A DNA stretch of 64,000 nt, from positions 3,665-67,664 of the forward strand of contig JAUWHR010000045.1 of assembly GCA_030605795.1 (NCBI GenBank), given 5' to 3'. The notes under the pieces were generated by a model. It had not been told where the DNA came from. It did no database searches and saw only the letters and a list, made by a program, of their open reading frames with translations. The stretch is from Anaerolineae bacterium (GTDB lineage Bacteria; Chloroflexota; Anaerolineae; Anaerolineales; E44-bin32). Position 1 is the stretch's first letter. Each line of letters starts with the position of its first letter. The translations under genes were made by a program, and so were the position numbers. Of this stretch, positions 46,510 to 56,363 are shown one piece after another.

Positions 46510-48435
46510 ATGTATCAGGGCGGATATACAGGTAGGACGGCATGGATCGATCTGACAAAGAAAACAGCAAGTATCGAGCCTACTGACCATGAACTTACAC
46601 GGCTTTTTATGGGTGGAGCAGGTTTTGGTGTTAAGCTGCTCTATGACCTTGTTCAACCTGGAACTGATCCATTAAGCCCGGACAATGTGCTTGTGTTTGC
46701 CCCAGGTCCGCTAACGGGCACAAGTGCACCTTGTAGTAGTCGTATCACAGTAACCGGTCGCTCCCCTCTTACAGGCGCAGTTGGGATGGCTACCTCAGGT
46801 GGGCAGTTCCCGGCAGAGATGAAATTCTCCGGTTTCGACATTATTGTGGTTCAAGGGCAGGCTACTGATCCTGTCTATCTGGTAATCGAGAACGGGGAAA
46901 TACGTTTTCGCTCGGCTAAGAAAATTTGGGGCGCTAATACCACGGATTGTCAACTGTTTATCAAGCAGGAGCTTCGCAATCATAATTTCCGAGTGGCATG
47001 TATTGGCCAAGCAGGCGAGCGGCAATCTCTAACAGCCTGCATCATTAACGAGCGGCGTGCCATGGGGCGCAAGGGCTTAGGAGCGGTGATGGGCGCGAAG
47101 CGACTTAAAGCGATCGCGGTGCGCGGGGACTGCAAACCGGCAATCGCCGAGCCGCCGCGGTTCCAGGCGGAACGGCAACAGCTTCTGGCAAGGTTCAAGG
47201 CCCACCCGGCCCTTTATTCTGAGTTCAGTAGGTATGGCACATCCTCACTGATCGATCTCACCTCTGAGATGGGCATCTTTCCGGCTCGCAACTACGCCGA
47301 TACTGGCAAATTCACGCCCATTGAGCAGATTGGATATCAAGCTCAGGCGAAGGATATTATCCATAATAATCCCTGCCACACATGTCCGGTGGCGTGTAGC
47401 CAGGTTCGTATCGCTCGATCAGGTGAATACCAGGGTACTTTGACTGAAGGTCCAGAATTTGAGACCTCATGGGCGTTTGGCGGGGATACAGGAGTTTCCC
47501 ATGTTTCGGCGATTTATCACGCTGATCGACTATGCGATGAGTATGGATTGGACACGATTACTGTCGGGGCGACGATCGCTTTCGCAATGGAATTATTTGA
47601 GCGCGATATTCTTACCATAGATGAGACGGATGGATTGGAACTTCGCTTTGGAAACCACAAGGCGATGATCGAGATGATCCATCGGATTGCTCGAAGGCAG
47701 GGGTTTGGCGAAGTGCTGGCTGATGGCGCACTCAGAGCGAGTCAGCAGATCGGACGCGGGTCAGAGCGCTATGTTATGCATATTAAGGGCTTAGAGCTGC
47801 CCGGCTATGATGTACGTGCTGCAAAGGCGCAAGGACTGAACTACGCTACCGCGTTTACTGGTGGCGATCATAATCGCGGCTACGCGTTTCAGGAGATCTA
47901 TGGCGTACCGGTTCCAATACAGGTTGACCGGTGTGATCCGGAAGGTAAGCCAGAGCTGACGATGTGGAACCAAGTTATGGAAGCAGCTTTGTGTGATTGT
48001 CCGACATTTTGTTCGTTCATGATCAGTGATGGTCTTCTGAGGGATACCGAGCAAGGGATGTCGAAGGAATTATCTGAGCAAAGGGTGGGCACGGTCTCTG
48101 AAATGGTCAGTGCGGCGACGGCGATTGAGTTCAGCCCCAGCGAGCTAATTTTGCTTGGTGAACGAGTTAACACGCTGGCAAGATGCTTCAACCTGCGGGA
48201 AGGTTTTTCTCGAAAAGACGACTATCTGCCTGTTCGACTGTCTGAAGAACCCATCCCTGCCGGTCCATCAGAAGGGTATCTCACTTCGCGGGAGGAGCAG
48301 GATGGACTCCTGGACCAATATTATGAAGTCTATGGTTATGATCAACGAGGAGTTCCTACCCGTGAGCGATTGCGTCGGCTTTCATTGGAAAGTGTGGCAG
48401 ATGATCTCGAGGCGCTCGGACTGGACCTAGAATAG
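46510..48435 (+). CDS. Aldehyde:ferredoxin oxidoreductase family (tungsto/molybdopterin) enzyme
   Basis: N-terminal GY.G....IDLT........, GG.G.G..L, the C..CP..C 4Fe-4S ligand region (CHTCPVAC), and an AOR C-terminal domain. SD GAGGAG before ATG 46510. Confidence 0.8.
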   Translation: MYQGGYTGRTAWIDLTKKTASIEPTDHELTRLFMGGAGFGVKLLYDLVQPGTDPLSPDNVLVFAPGPLTGTSAPCSSRITVTGRSPLTGAVGMATSGGQFPAEMKFSGFDIIVVQGQATDPVYLVIENGEIRFRSAKKIWGANTTDCQLFIKQELRNHNFRVACIGQAGERQSLTACIINERRAMGRKGLGAVMGAKRLKAIAVRGDCKPAIAEPPRFQAERQQLLARFKAHPALYSEFSRYGTSSLIDLTSEMGIFPARNYADTGKFTPIEQIGYQAQAKDIIHNNPCHTCPVACSQVRIARSGEYQGTLTEGPEFETSWAFGGDTGVSHVSAIYHADRLCDEYGLDTITVGATIAFAMELFERDILTIDETDGLELRFGNHKAMIEMIHRIARRQGFGEVLADGALRASQQIGRGSERYVMHIKGLELPGYDVRAAKAQGLNYATAFTGGDHNRGYAFQEIYGVPVPIQVDRCDPEGKPELTMWNQVMEAALCDCPTFCSFMISDGLLRDTEQGMSKELSEQRVGTVSEMVSAATAIEFSPSELILLGERVNTLARCFNLREGFSRKDDYLPVRLSEEPIPAGPSEGYLTSREEQDGLLDQYYEVYGYDQRGVPTRERLRRLSLESVADDLEALGLDLE

Positions 48436-48714
48436 GTGAAAGTTAAGCTCCGTTGTTTTGGTGGAATAAGGACCGCAGTAGGATCCAGAGAAATCATTTT
48501 GGAGGTTCCAGAGCAGATCACTCTCCATGGATTATTTCGGTTAGTTGAATCAGAATACCCCCAAATACCGCTTAGTGTTTATGAGGAAGATGGATTCCGC
48601 AGGCGTTTCCGGGTGCTGATTAACGGCCGAGATACTTTCACCCTCCAGGGGACAGATACGGTCCTGGTAAATGGCGATATAGTTGCCGTCTTTCCTCTCA
48701 TCGTAGGTGGTTAA
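48436..48714 (+). CDS. MoaD/ThiS-family ubiquitin-like sulfur-carrier protein
   Basis: 92 aa ending ...VAVFPLIVGG (C-terminal Gly-Gly). GTG start directly after the AOR stop. Confidence 0.7.
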   Translation: MKVKLRCFGGIRTAVGSREIILEVPEQITLHGLFRLVESEYPQIPLSVYEEDGFRRRFRVLINGRDTFTLQGTDTVLVNGDIVAVFPLIVGG

Positions 48715-48796
48715 TGGATTATGACACGATGGATAACAATTTTATATATGTCCCGCATCACGTCGGTGATGGATCAACAGCCTTCTGATTGATAGG

Positions 48797-49978
48797 TCAT
48801 TGCCGAGGATTGAGAACCACGACTCCAAGGGGACAAACGCCTACACATAATCCGCAGCCGTCACATTTGTCGGAATCGACGCGTGCAACTTCTTCTTCTC
48901 CATACATTGTGATCGCCTGGTATCCCCCCGAATCACAGGCTTTGACGCAAATACCACAACCGTTGCAACCCTGCTCATCGATTCTTGCCACCAGCTTTAT
49001 GGAGAGATCCAAATCAGGGAATCCGCTGATATAAGTCAGTGCTTTGCCGATCATGTCCTCTGACGCACTGAACCCGTGTTTCTCAAGGTACTTGGATAAA
49101 CCCTTGGTAAGCTTATCGATAATAGAGATGCCGTTCCACATCACGGCGGTACAGATCTCAACCAGAGATGCGCCACACAACAAATACTCGACTGCGTCTT
49201 TCCATGTTGATACCCCGCCACAACCAAGAATGGGGATTTCCAAGGCGTTGGCTATGCTAGCAGTACAACGAAGCGAAACCGGCTTTAAAGCCGGACCACC
49301 GTAACCACCGAAGATGCCTATTCCGCCAACATTGGGCAAAGGGGCAAAGGTGTCAAGGTCGATTCCCGCTAAACCAGATAGACTGTTGGTTGTGGTTACT
49401 GCATCAGCGCCTGCTTCGGCTGCTGCACGGGCAAGCACGACGATATCAGTCACATTCGGAGTGAGCTTTACGATCACTGGCAGTTCCGTCGCTTCTCGTA
49501 CCCATCCGACTGCCAAACTTAGTGATTGCGGATCCTGACCTAATTTGCTACCTCTCTCTTCAGCGAAATTGGGACAGCTGGCGTTCATTTCAAAGCCATC
49601 GACGCCATGTGGTTCCAGACGGCGGACAACCTCTTGCCAGTCGAATGGATCGCCGCCTCCCATGATGCTGGCGATAATCGGCCGGTCGGGAAAGGAGGCA
49701 CGAATGAGATCGATTTCTTTTTCCCATCGGTCAACCGTCATGTCGCTAATTAATTCGATATCAACCATACCTCTCTTATCTCGCCCCGATTTGATCACAT
49801 ATACGCGTGGGCTTGGATGTTTTGTTGGCACCAAACCTATGGTCTTTAGCACAGCCCCTCCCCAACCAGTTTTAAAAGCTTCGATGACCATCGCACCATT
49901 CGCGGTTGGTGGACCGGCGGCGAGAAGAAATGGATTTGGAAAATTGATGCCTAGAAAATCAGTGCTTAATGTTGACAT
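48797..49978 (-). CDS. Dihydroorotate/dihydropyrimidine dehydrogenase-family protein with C-terminal 2x[4Fe-4S] domain (PreA-like)
   Basis: FPNPF.LAAGP......M, GWGG.V.KT, class-1 DHOD/DHPD TIM-barrel pattern. C-terminal CNGCGICVKAC ... CDGCGLCVGVCP. Confidence 0.75.
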   Translation of the reverse strand: MSTLSTDFLGINFPNPFLLAAGPPTANGAMVIEAFKTGWGGAVLKTIGLVPTKHPSPRVYVIKSGRDKRGMVDIELISDMTVDRWEKEIDLIRASFPDRPIIASIMGGGDPFDWQEVVRRLEPHGVDGFEMNASCPNFAEERGSKLGQDPQSLSLAVGWVREATELPVIVKLTPNVTDIVVLARAAAEAGADAVTTTNSLSGLAGIDLDTFAPLPNVGGIGIFGGYGGPALKPVSLRCTASIANALEIPILGCGGVSTWKDAVEYLLCGASLVEICTAVMWNGISIIDKLTKGLSKYLEKHGFSASEDMIGKALTYISGFPDLDLSIKLVARIDEQGCNGCGICVKACDSGGYQAITMYGEEEVARVDSDKCDGCGLCVGVCPLGVVVLNPRQ

Positions 49979-50032
49979 GATGATCTCCACATTCGTAAAA
50001 TTGCAGCCGGTAAAGTTATTGAATAATTCTTA

Positions 50033-50716
50033 TCAAGTATCTTTTTTCTTTCGGAAGTAATCTAGAACTACATTAGCAGCTACCTGAAGGTGGTTTCTCA
50101 TCGCCGCCGCGCCAGCCTCACCATCATGGTGGCGAAGGGCTTCCAGGAATTCTTGATGATCAGAAATGCCGGCGGCCATATCGTCGTAGAGTTGGGTTTG
50201 CACGGCCAGATACATTCTAATTTGAGTCGTGATGCCTTCGAGTACTCCCATCAGCCGTTTGTGATCCGCCATTGCCCAGATGTGGCTGTGAAATTGGAAA
50301 TCCAGTTCGGTTACTTTCGATGATTCACCCGCTTTCGCGGCGGTTATCATCGCCTCTAATGTTCTTTCTAAACTATCTATGTCTTCAGTTGTGACCCGCT
50401 TAGCGGCCAATCGAATGGTCTCTTCTTCGAGGATGCATCGAAGAGAATAGACCTCGCGAATATCCCGTTCGGAGATTGTGGAAACAAAACTGCCGCGACC
50501 TGGATGACTGTCCAGAAGCCCCTCGGTTTCCAGTATGCGGAACGCCTCCCGTAGGGGGCCTCGACTGACGCCCAATTGACGGGCTACTTCGACCTCGACT
50601 AGGCGCGTTCCGGGAGGGATTTCACCTGTCGCGATTGACTCACGCAATAGAGCAGCCACATCAAAGGCTAGATTTGATCTTTCTAGTTCGCCAAGATTTT
50701 GAAGGCCCGTTCCCAT
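50033..50716 (-). CDS. GntR-family regulator (FadR/FCD subfamily)
   Basis: wHTH (..G.RLVEVEVARQLGVSRGPLREAFR.LE.EGL), and a C-terminal all-helical FCD-like domain with conserved His residues. Confidence 0.85.
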   Translation of the reverse strand: MGTGLQNLGELERSNLAFDVAALLRESIATGEIPPGTRLVEVEVARQLGVSRGPLREAFRILETEGLLDSHPGRGSFVSTISERDIREVYSLRCILEEETIRLAAKRVTTEDIDSLERTLEAMITAAKAGESSKVTELDFQFHSHIWAMADHKRLMGVLEGITTQIRMYLAVQTQLYDDMAAGISDHQEFLEALRHHDGEAGAAAMRNHLQVAANVVLDYFRKKKDT

Positions 50717-50871
50717 TTGTCCATTTTCTTTCTATTTACGCATCAGCGGCTTATGGAAGTAATCATGCCATTCCTTGCGGTTGATAATCAAGTATTTTAT
50801 AGAACAGCCCGATCGTCAAAGAAAGCATGTGCTTCTGAGCGTTCGTATATATCCTAGCTCATAATCGTAGA

Positions 50872-50900
50872 AATTGTCAACAGTAATATTGTTGACAATT
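50872..50900. promoter_or_regulatory. Perfect palindrome, candidate GntR operator overlapping a TTGACA box
   Basis: AATTGTCAACA-GTAATAT-TGTTGACAATT lies between the divergent GntR gene (start 50716) and the enolase-like gene (start 51125). It contains the GT..AC core typical of FadR-type GntR operators. Confidence 0.55.
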
Positions 50901-51124
50901 TATCTTTCTACTGCTAGGATAAAAGTAATATTCTAAAAAAACTTTGTTCACTATAGGCGCACAGCGCAAGCCCATTTTTATTATGGGTCATATCGTAAGT
51001 TCCGTAGATTACCGGTATTGTCGCTGTATTGTGAATTCCATCATTAATTCCGGAACCGATATCCATCAGGGCTGGGGAAGGGCCAGAGGGGAAATTACGC
51101 TGTAACATGCTATGAGGATCAACT

Positions 51125-52396
51125 ATGACATTTAAGATAACCGACATACGAGCTAGAGAAATTATTGATTGCCGAGGTTTCCCTACTGTAGAAGTCGACG
51201 TTTGGGTCAATGGCGAGCTTTGTGGACGGGCGGATGTTCCCGCGGGTCGGTCAACTGGCAAACGCGAAGCAGTAGAGTTGCGGGACGGTGGGAAGCGATG
51301 GGGCGGGTTAGGTACGACTGTTGCTGTCAAGAACGTAGTCGATATTATTCGACCCGCGCTTGTCGGCTGGGACCCGCGAGAACAGCGGGCGATCGACATG
51401 CTGCTTTGCCAATTGGATGGCACCAAGAATAAATCTAACCTTGGCGCTAACGCTATCGTAGGGGTATCCCTTGGCGTGGCTAAGGCAGCCGCGAAAGTAT
51501 CTGGCCTCCCATTTTATAAATATATCAATACCAATGCACATATCATCCCCGTTCCTCTTGTAAACTTGATCAATGGTGGGAAGCTCACATCGAACGATCT
51601 TGAGATCCAAGAGTTCATTGTGATGCCAGTGGGGGCAAACGATCTCAAACATGGATTACAAATTTGTTATGAAATAAATCTGCTTTTGCGTGACTTAATC
51701 GTCGATAAATACGGCAAGATCGCGGTAAATGTCGGCGACGAGGGCGGTTTTGCCCCACCTATGACTGGAATAAACGAACCGATGAAAATGTTATCAAAGG
51801 CAGTGAAGGCATCTGGTTACGCAGATATGATCATTTATGGGATGGATGCAGCGGCAAGTCATTGGTACGACTGGGACAAGTGTGTTTATTGCATGGAAGG
51901 TGAGGAGATGACACGCGACGATGTCATCGATATGTATGTCAAGCTGTGTCGCGATTACCCTATAGGGTCGATTGAAGATCCACTCATGGAGGATGATTTT
52001 GAGGGGCACGCTATTCTTACCAAGAAACTTGATGGCGTGCAAATTGTTGGTGATGATCTGTTTACGACAAATGTGGAGTACATCAAACGTGGAATTGAAG
52101 TCGGAGCTGGAAATGCGATCTTGTGGAAGTTCAACCAGGTTGGCACGTTGACCGAAGCTTTGGATGCCGCGGATCTTGCCTATCGCGCTGGTTTTGGCGT
52201 CCAGGTCTCTGAGCGGTCAGGTGAGACAGAAGACACATCTATCGCCGATTTGTCGGTAGCATTGAATGCGGGCCAGATAAAGACCGGCACGACGCGCAGT
52301 GAGAGGACGAGTAAGTACAATCAACTGTTGCGTATCGCCGAAGAACTTGGATCGCAAGCTTATTACCCTGGCCGTAATTTTCGGAGACCCTTCTAA
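51125..52396 (+). CDS. Enolase-family protein (divergent paralog)
   Basis: I.AREI.D.RG.PTVEVDV, VGDEGGFAP, SIEDP, VGDDLF.TN, NQ.GTLTE, SERSGETED (canonical SHRSGETED), QIKTG...RSER..KYNQLLRI. Confidence 0.8.
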   Translation: MTFKITDIRAREIIDCRGFPTVEVDVWVNGELCGRADVPAGRSTGKREAVELRDGGKRWGGLGTTVAVKNVVDIIRPALVGWDPREQRAIDMLLCQLDGTKNKSNLGANAIVGVSLGVAKAAAKVSGLPFYKYINTNAHIIPVPLVNLINGGKLTSNDLEIQEFIVMPVGANDLKHGLQICYEINLLLRDLIVDKYGKIAVNVGDEGGFAPPMTGINEPMKMLSKAVKASGYADMIIYGMDAAASHWYDWDKCVYCMEGEEMTRDDVIDMYVKLCRDYPIGSIEDPLMEDDFEGHAILTKKLDGVQIVGDDLFTTNVEYIKRGIEVGAGNAILWKFNQVGTLTEALDAADLAYRAGFGVQVSERSGETEDTSIADLSVALNAGQIKTGTTRSERTSKYNQLLRIAEELGSQAYYPGRNFRRPF

Positions 52397-52406
52397 GGAA
52401 AGCAAC

Positions 52407-53807
52407 GTGGGTAGAAAACGCAAACAGTACATCCGCAATCGCGATCGATTGACTTCCCACGGAAACTCATCCTTGCGCAATGCGGCCACCGAAATCATCG
52501 AGCATGCCTTGGAGGCGGCTGATCCGTACACAGCCGTGAATCGTCTCGTGCGTCTCCAGAACGAGAGGTTGACAGTAGGGGATCTGACCCTTGATCTGAA
52601 GGATTACGATCGCATTTTCATCCTCGGCGCGGGGAAGGCATCTGGTGGAATCGCCCAGGCCTTAGAGGAAAAACTAGGTAACCGGATCTCAGATGGGTTG
52701 TTTGTGCTTAAGCACGGGGATGAGGCTGCCTTACACCGTACGCGGGTCATCTACGCCGATCATCCCATCCCGGATGAAAACAGCTATCGGGGGGGCCAGC
52801 TTATGGCCTCCATGGCGGAGACATTTACCGATAAGGACCTCGTCTTCGCCGGGATCACCGGCGGCAGCTCCGCTCTGCTCGCGTTGCCGGTGGAAGGAAT
52901 AACTCTTGAAGACATCCAACAGGTCAATCAACGTCTCATGCTCAGTGGCGCAGATATCGTCCAAATTAATGCCATCCGAAAGCATCTGTCTCGAATCAAG
53001 GGTGGTTGGCTCGCAAAAATGATCCTGCCCGCAACCCTGATCAACCTCACCGTTTCAGATGTGGTTGGAGATATGTTGGACTATATTACCGGGCCAACCG
53101 TTCCCGACACATCAACTTTGGAGGACGCGCGCTGTGTGATGGATGAATACAATCTTTGGGATAGCTTTCCAGCTTCAGCCAGTGAGTATTTGCGTAGAGG
53201 TGGAAGTGCGGAGGAGACGCCAAAAGACTTCAGGAATTTACCCTTGCATTCATTCGTTGTCGTCGCTGGCGATGTTGCTTGTGTTGCTGCTGCGGAGCGG
53301 GCAGGTGAGCTGGGCTTCAAGTCGATGATCTTGACATCCATGATCAAGGGGGAGGCCAAGGAAGCCGGCTCGTTTCTTGCCTCGATTGCACAGGAAGCAT
53401 TGAGATTCGGACGACCCATTGCTCCACCATGTGCTATCATCGCTGGTGGGGAAAATGTGGTAACCATCGGATCGAAGGATCGAGGGAGCGGTGGCCCGAA
53501 TCAGGAGTTCGCACTTTCTGCTAGTATTGACGTCGCAGGGCTGGAAAACGTCGTGATCGCTGCAATTGATACGGATGGTTTCGACGGTTCCACTGAGTCT
53601 GCAGGTGCCATAATCGATGGCAGCACCAAAGCATCTGCGGAGGCCCAAGGTTATAACCCCAAGGAGGTATTACGGAAACATGATGTTGATGGGATGTTGC
53701 ATGTGATTGGAGATGCTGTCATCACTGGGCCGACAGGCACAAATGTGAATGATCTTAAGATTTTGCTTGTGATAGAAGCTAGATTCAACGCACAAGTGCA
53801 ACTTTGA
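52407..53807 (+). CDS. Glycerate 2-kinase / hydroxypyruvate-reductase-like (DUF4147 + MOFRL) protein
   Basis: I...GAGKASGGIAQALE, ..GGSSALL, ..ISGGE-like IIAGGE..V.....GSGGPNQE, AIDTDG.DG. GTG 52407 sits 6 nt after AAGGAA. Confidence 0.7.
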   Translation: MGRKRKQYIRNRDRLTSHGNSSLRNAATEIIEHALEAADPYTAVNRLVRLQNERLTVGDLTLDLKDYDRIFILGAGKASGGIAQALEEKLGNRISDGLFVLKHGDEAALHRTRVIYADHPIPDENSYRGGQLMASMAETFTDKDLVFAGITGGSSALLALPVEGITLEDIQQVNQRLMLSGADIVQINAIRKHLSRIKGGWLAKMILPATLINLTVSDVVGDMLDYITGPTVPDTSTLEDARCVMDEYNLWDSFPASASEYLRRGGSAEETPKDFRNLPLHSFVVVAGDVACVAAAERAGELGFKSMILTSMIKGEAKEAGSFLASIAQEALRFGRPIAPPCAIIAGGENVVTIGSKDRGSGGPNQEFALSASIDVAGLENVVIAAIDTDGFDGSTESAGAIIDGSTKASAEAQGYNPKEVLRKHDVDGMLHVIGDAVITGPTGTNVNDLKILLVIEARFNAQVQL

Positions 53808-53875
53808 GGGTCGAAAAGAGAGGTAAGTTGCGCTAATTTCAGTGCCTCTCATGCAGCTAAGTCAAAAGAGTACAG

Positions 53876-54259
53876 ATGATTTACCATATTCAACCCAAGA
53901 CCGTTCCAGAGTCGGCGGCCCCTTATAGCCCGATCGTCAAGGACGACACTTATGCTCATCTTGCAGGTTTAGTGGCTGCTGACTTTCCCGAAGGTCAAGC
54001 GGTGCTCGGAGACGTTGCGGAGGAAACCCGCGCTGTGTTGACTGCTATCCGCAGTATGCTTCAGGAAATTGGACTTGATATGGATCGTATTGTGCGAACC
54101 GATGTGCATCTGGTTAGCCTTGATGACTTCGACACCATGGACGCCGCCTACCGTGAGTTTTTTGATATCGGTCATTACCCGGCAAGAACCACAACGGAGT
54201 CTGCTCGGTTATTTGGCGGGAGTCGAGTGGAGATCACTTGTATGGCAAGGCTTTTGTAA
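53876..54259 (+). CDS. RidA/YjgF/TdcF-family protein
   Basis: 127 aa. ..APYSP.V......H.AG......, R.TT....L.....VEI....A pattern. Confidence 0.75.
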   Translation: MIYHIQPKTVPESAAPYSPIVKDDTYAHLAGLVAADFPEGQAVLGDVAEETRAVLTAIRSMLQEIGLDMDRIVRTDVHLVSLDDFDTMDAAYREFFDIGHYPARTTTESARLFGGSRVEITCMARLL

Positions 54260-54502
54260 AAGGTGATAGATCTACTTTTCCGACAGGGCCTGCTCACTTC
54301 AGACCAATAAAGGAGTTTTTGGGGCGGCTATTCAAGATCGAATTGGCCCTATTCATCTAAAGCCGAAGTAAAGACAGGTATACTTCGACCGGGTAGATAT
54401 CTACAGTGGGTTTGCTCAATATATAATTTAGCATCTTGGTTGATAGAAACACAGTTCAAGAACTTACACTCTTATTTCCACGCAATTAATGGAGGGCTAA
54501 AC

Positions 54503-55642
54503 ATGGGAAATGAAACAAAAAAAACGGTGGTTAATTCTTGGAACGAATGGGATCCGCTAAAACATGTGATTGTCGGCCGGGCTGACGGCACGATGATCCA
54601 AGCGCCTGAACTTGCTGTTCAACGCGAATGGCCAGAGCACGGTTTCACTTCGGGAAAATACGGGCCTTACCCGAAGGAGATGGAAGAGAAGGCTAATGAA
54701 CAGTTAGATAATCTTGCTCGAATCCTTGAGCAGCGGGGCATTCGGGTTGACCGGCCGACTCCGATCGATTTCAGCCAGGCTGTACAGACACCTGATTGGG
54801 TGCAAGAAACGATGTTCGGCTGCATGCCACCGCGAGACCTATTGCTGACAGTTGGCAATGAAATCCTGGAAGCCACCATGTCCTACCGCAGCCGGTGGTA
54901 TGAGTATCTCTGCTACCGCCCGTTGCTTGAACAGTACTTCAAGCAGGATCCGAACTTCCGTTTTGAGGCGGCGCCCAAACCGCGTTTGACAGAGGGTACG
55001 TACAAGAGAGACTTCTGGAAGAATTGGAAGTCTTTGAGTGAAGAGGAAAAGTGGAAGAAGGCTGAGGAGAACGATTGGATCCCGACCGAGAAGGAACCGC
55101 TGTTTGATGCTGCCGATGTTGTGCGTTGCGGAAAGGACCTTTTTGTCCAAAAGTCAATGGTTACCAATGATGCTGGTATTGACTGGTTGCAACGCCATTA
55201 CCCTGACCATCGAATCCATAAAGTTTGGTATAAAGAGCTTACGCCATGGCATATGGACACGACCATCGTTCCTCTTCGCCCTGGTCTAGTATTCTTCAAT
55301 CCAGTGCGAACCCCTCTAGAAAAGGCACAAAGGGAACTGTTCGAGAAGAATGATTGGGAAATTATGGAGGCGCCGGAAACGGTTCTAGAAAAGAAGAGGC
55401 CGATGACCTTCTGTAGCCTGTGGCTCAATATAAACCGTCTCGTACTTGACCCCAAGACTGTCTGTGTTGAAGCCAGTGAGACTCCGGTTATCGAGATGCT
55501 CGATAAACATGGATTTGAGGTCATTCCGGTTCCCTTCTATGAAGTGTCGCCATTCGGCGGCGGTCTACACTGTGGGACAGCAGATGTACTCCGGGAAGGG
55601 ACGCTTGAGGATTACTTCCCCAAACAGGTGGAGGGATTCTAA
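54503..55642 (+). CDS. Amidinotransferase-family enzyme (glycine/inosamine amidinotransferase-like), paralog 1
   Basis: VNSWNEWDPLKHVIVG, PWHMDT (His), GGGLHCGTADV (catalytic Cys context). SD GGAGGG before ATG 54503. Confidence 0.75.
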   Translation: MGNETKKTVVNSWNEWDPLKHVIVGRADGTMIQAPELAVQREWPEHGFTSGKYGPYPKEMEEKANEQLDNLARILEQRGIRVDRPTPIDFSQAVQTPDWVQETMFGCMPPRDLLLTVGNEILEATMSYRSRWYEYLCYRPLLEQYFKQDPNFRFEAAPKPRLTEGTYKRDFWKNWKSLSEEEKWKKAEENDWIPTEKEPLFDAADVVRCGKDLFVQKSMVTNDAGIDWLQRHYPDHRIHKVWYKELTPWHMDTTIVPLRPGLVFFNPVRTPLEKAQRELFEKNDWEIMEAPETVLEKKRPMTFCSLWLNINRLVLDPKTVCVEASETPVIEMLDKHGFEVIPVPFYEVSPFGGGLHCGTADVLREGTLEDYFPKQVEGF

Positions 55643-55829
55643 TTCAGACATAATCAATTTATGAATATGAGCTGTACGAACGGGACAACACTCGTATTTA
55701 AATAAAACAAAAAAGTGGTGGGATGAAGATAAGGTTGTGGTGTAGCTTCATTTACTGCTCTATGAATAATAGTTACTTTGGGAGGAAATTACCTTTGGAA
55801 TAAGCGGATTATCAAAAGCTCTTGAATAT

Positions 55830-56255
55830 TAGTGATGATTCGGGCGGCTAGCGATTGGCGACATGACGACCTGCAGGCATCCTTTCCTGATGATCGTGTC
55901 TACTTCTCAGTCGCCCAGGCGCTGACGAGTGACGACGATGTCAGGCCACTCATCGATGCTAACCCGGTTAAGCCACTTGCCACGCCTATCATAGCTGCCA
56001 TAACGCTTTCCACGCTTTTTCCATGGTCAGCCTGCCCTGGCAGTCCAGGGGATCTTCGACTGGAAGCGCAGGTACCAGTATTCTCCAGCACGTTTGTCCG
56101 CCAAGATGTACTGGTAGATCCATTCATGGCTAGCACGAAGTTCAAAGTTCGACCCTAGCCAGCCCGAGATATGCTCAGGGCTCCAGTCCTGGCGGATCAG
56201 GAACTCGATTAAAGTCCGGGCAGAGAGATCGAATGCAAGTCGAAGGCTTGACTTA
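55830..56255 (-). pseudogene. IS30-family transposase remnant
   Basis: Minus-strand frames give ..LIEFLIRQDWSPEHISGWL...SHEWIYQYILADKRAGE. After a frameshift the reading continues KKRGKRYGSYDRRGKWLNRVSIDEWPDIVVTRQRLGD*EVDTII, with TGA replacing the W of GDWE.DT. The fragment is truncated at both ends. Confidence 0.7.
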
Positions 56256-56363
56256 TAAAATAGTTTTTATATATAATATATTATATTATTTTTCATTTAG
56301 CATGGAATTGAAGATCTTGCGGGAGCCTTCCTCTCCGGGGAGTTCGTTGTAAGGAAAAATGAT

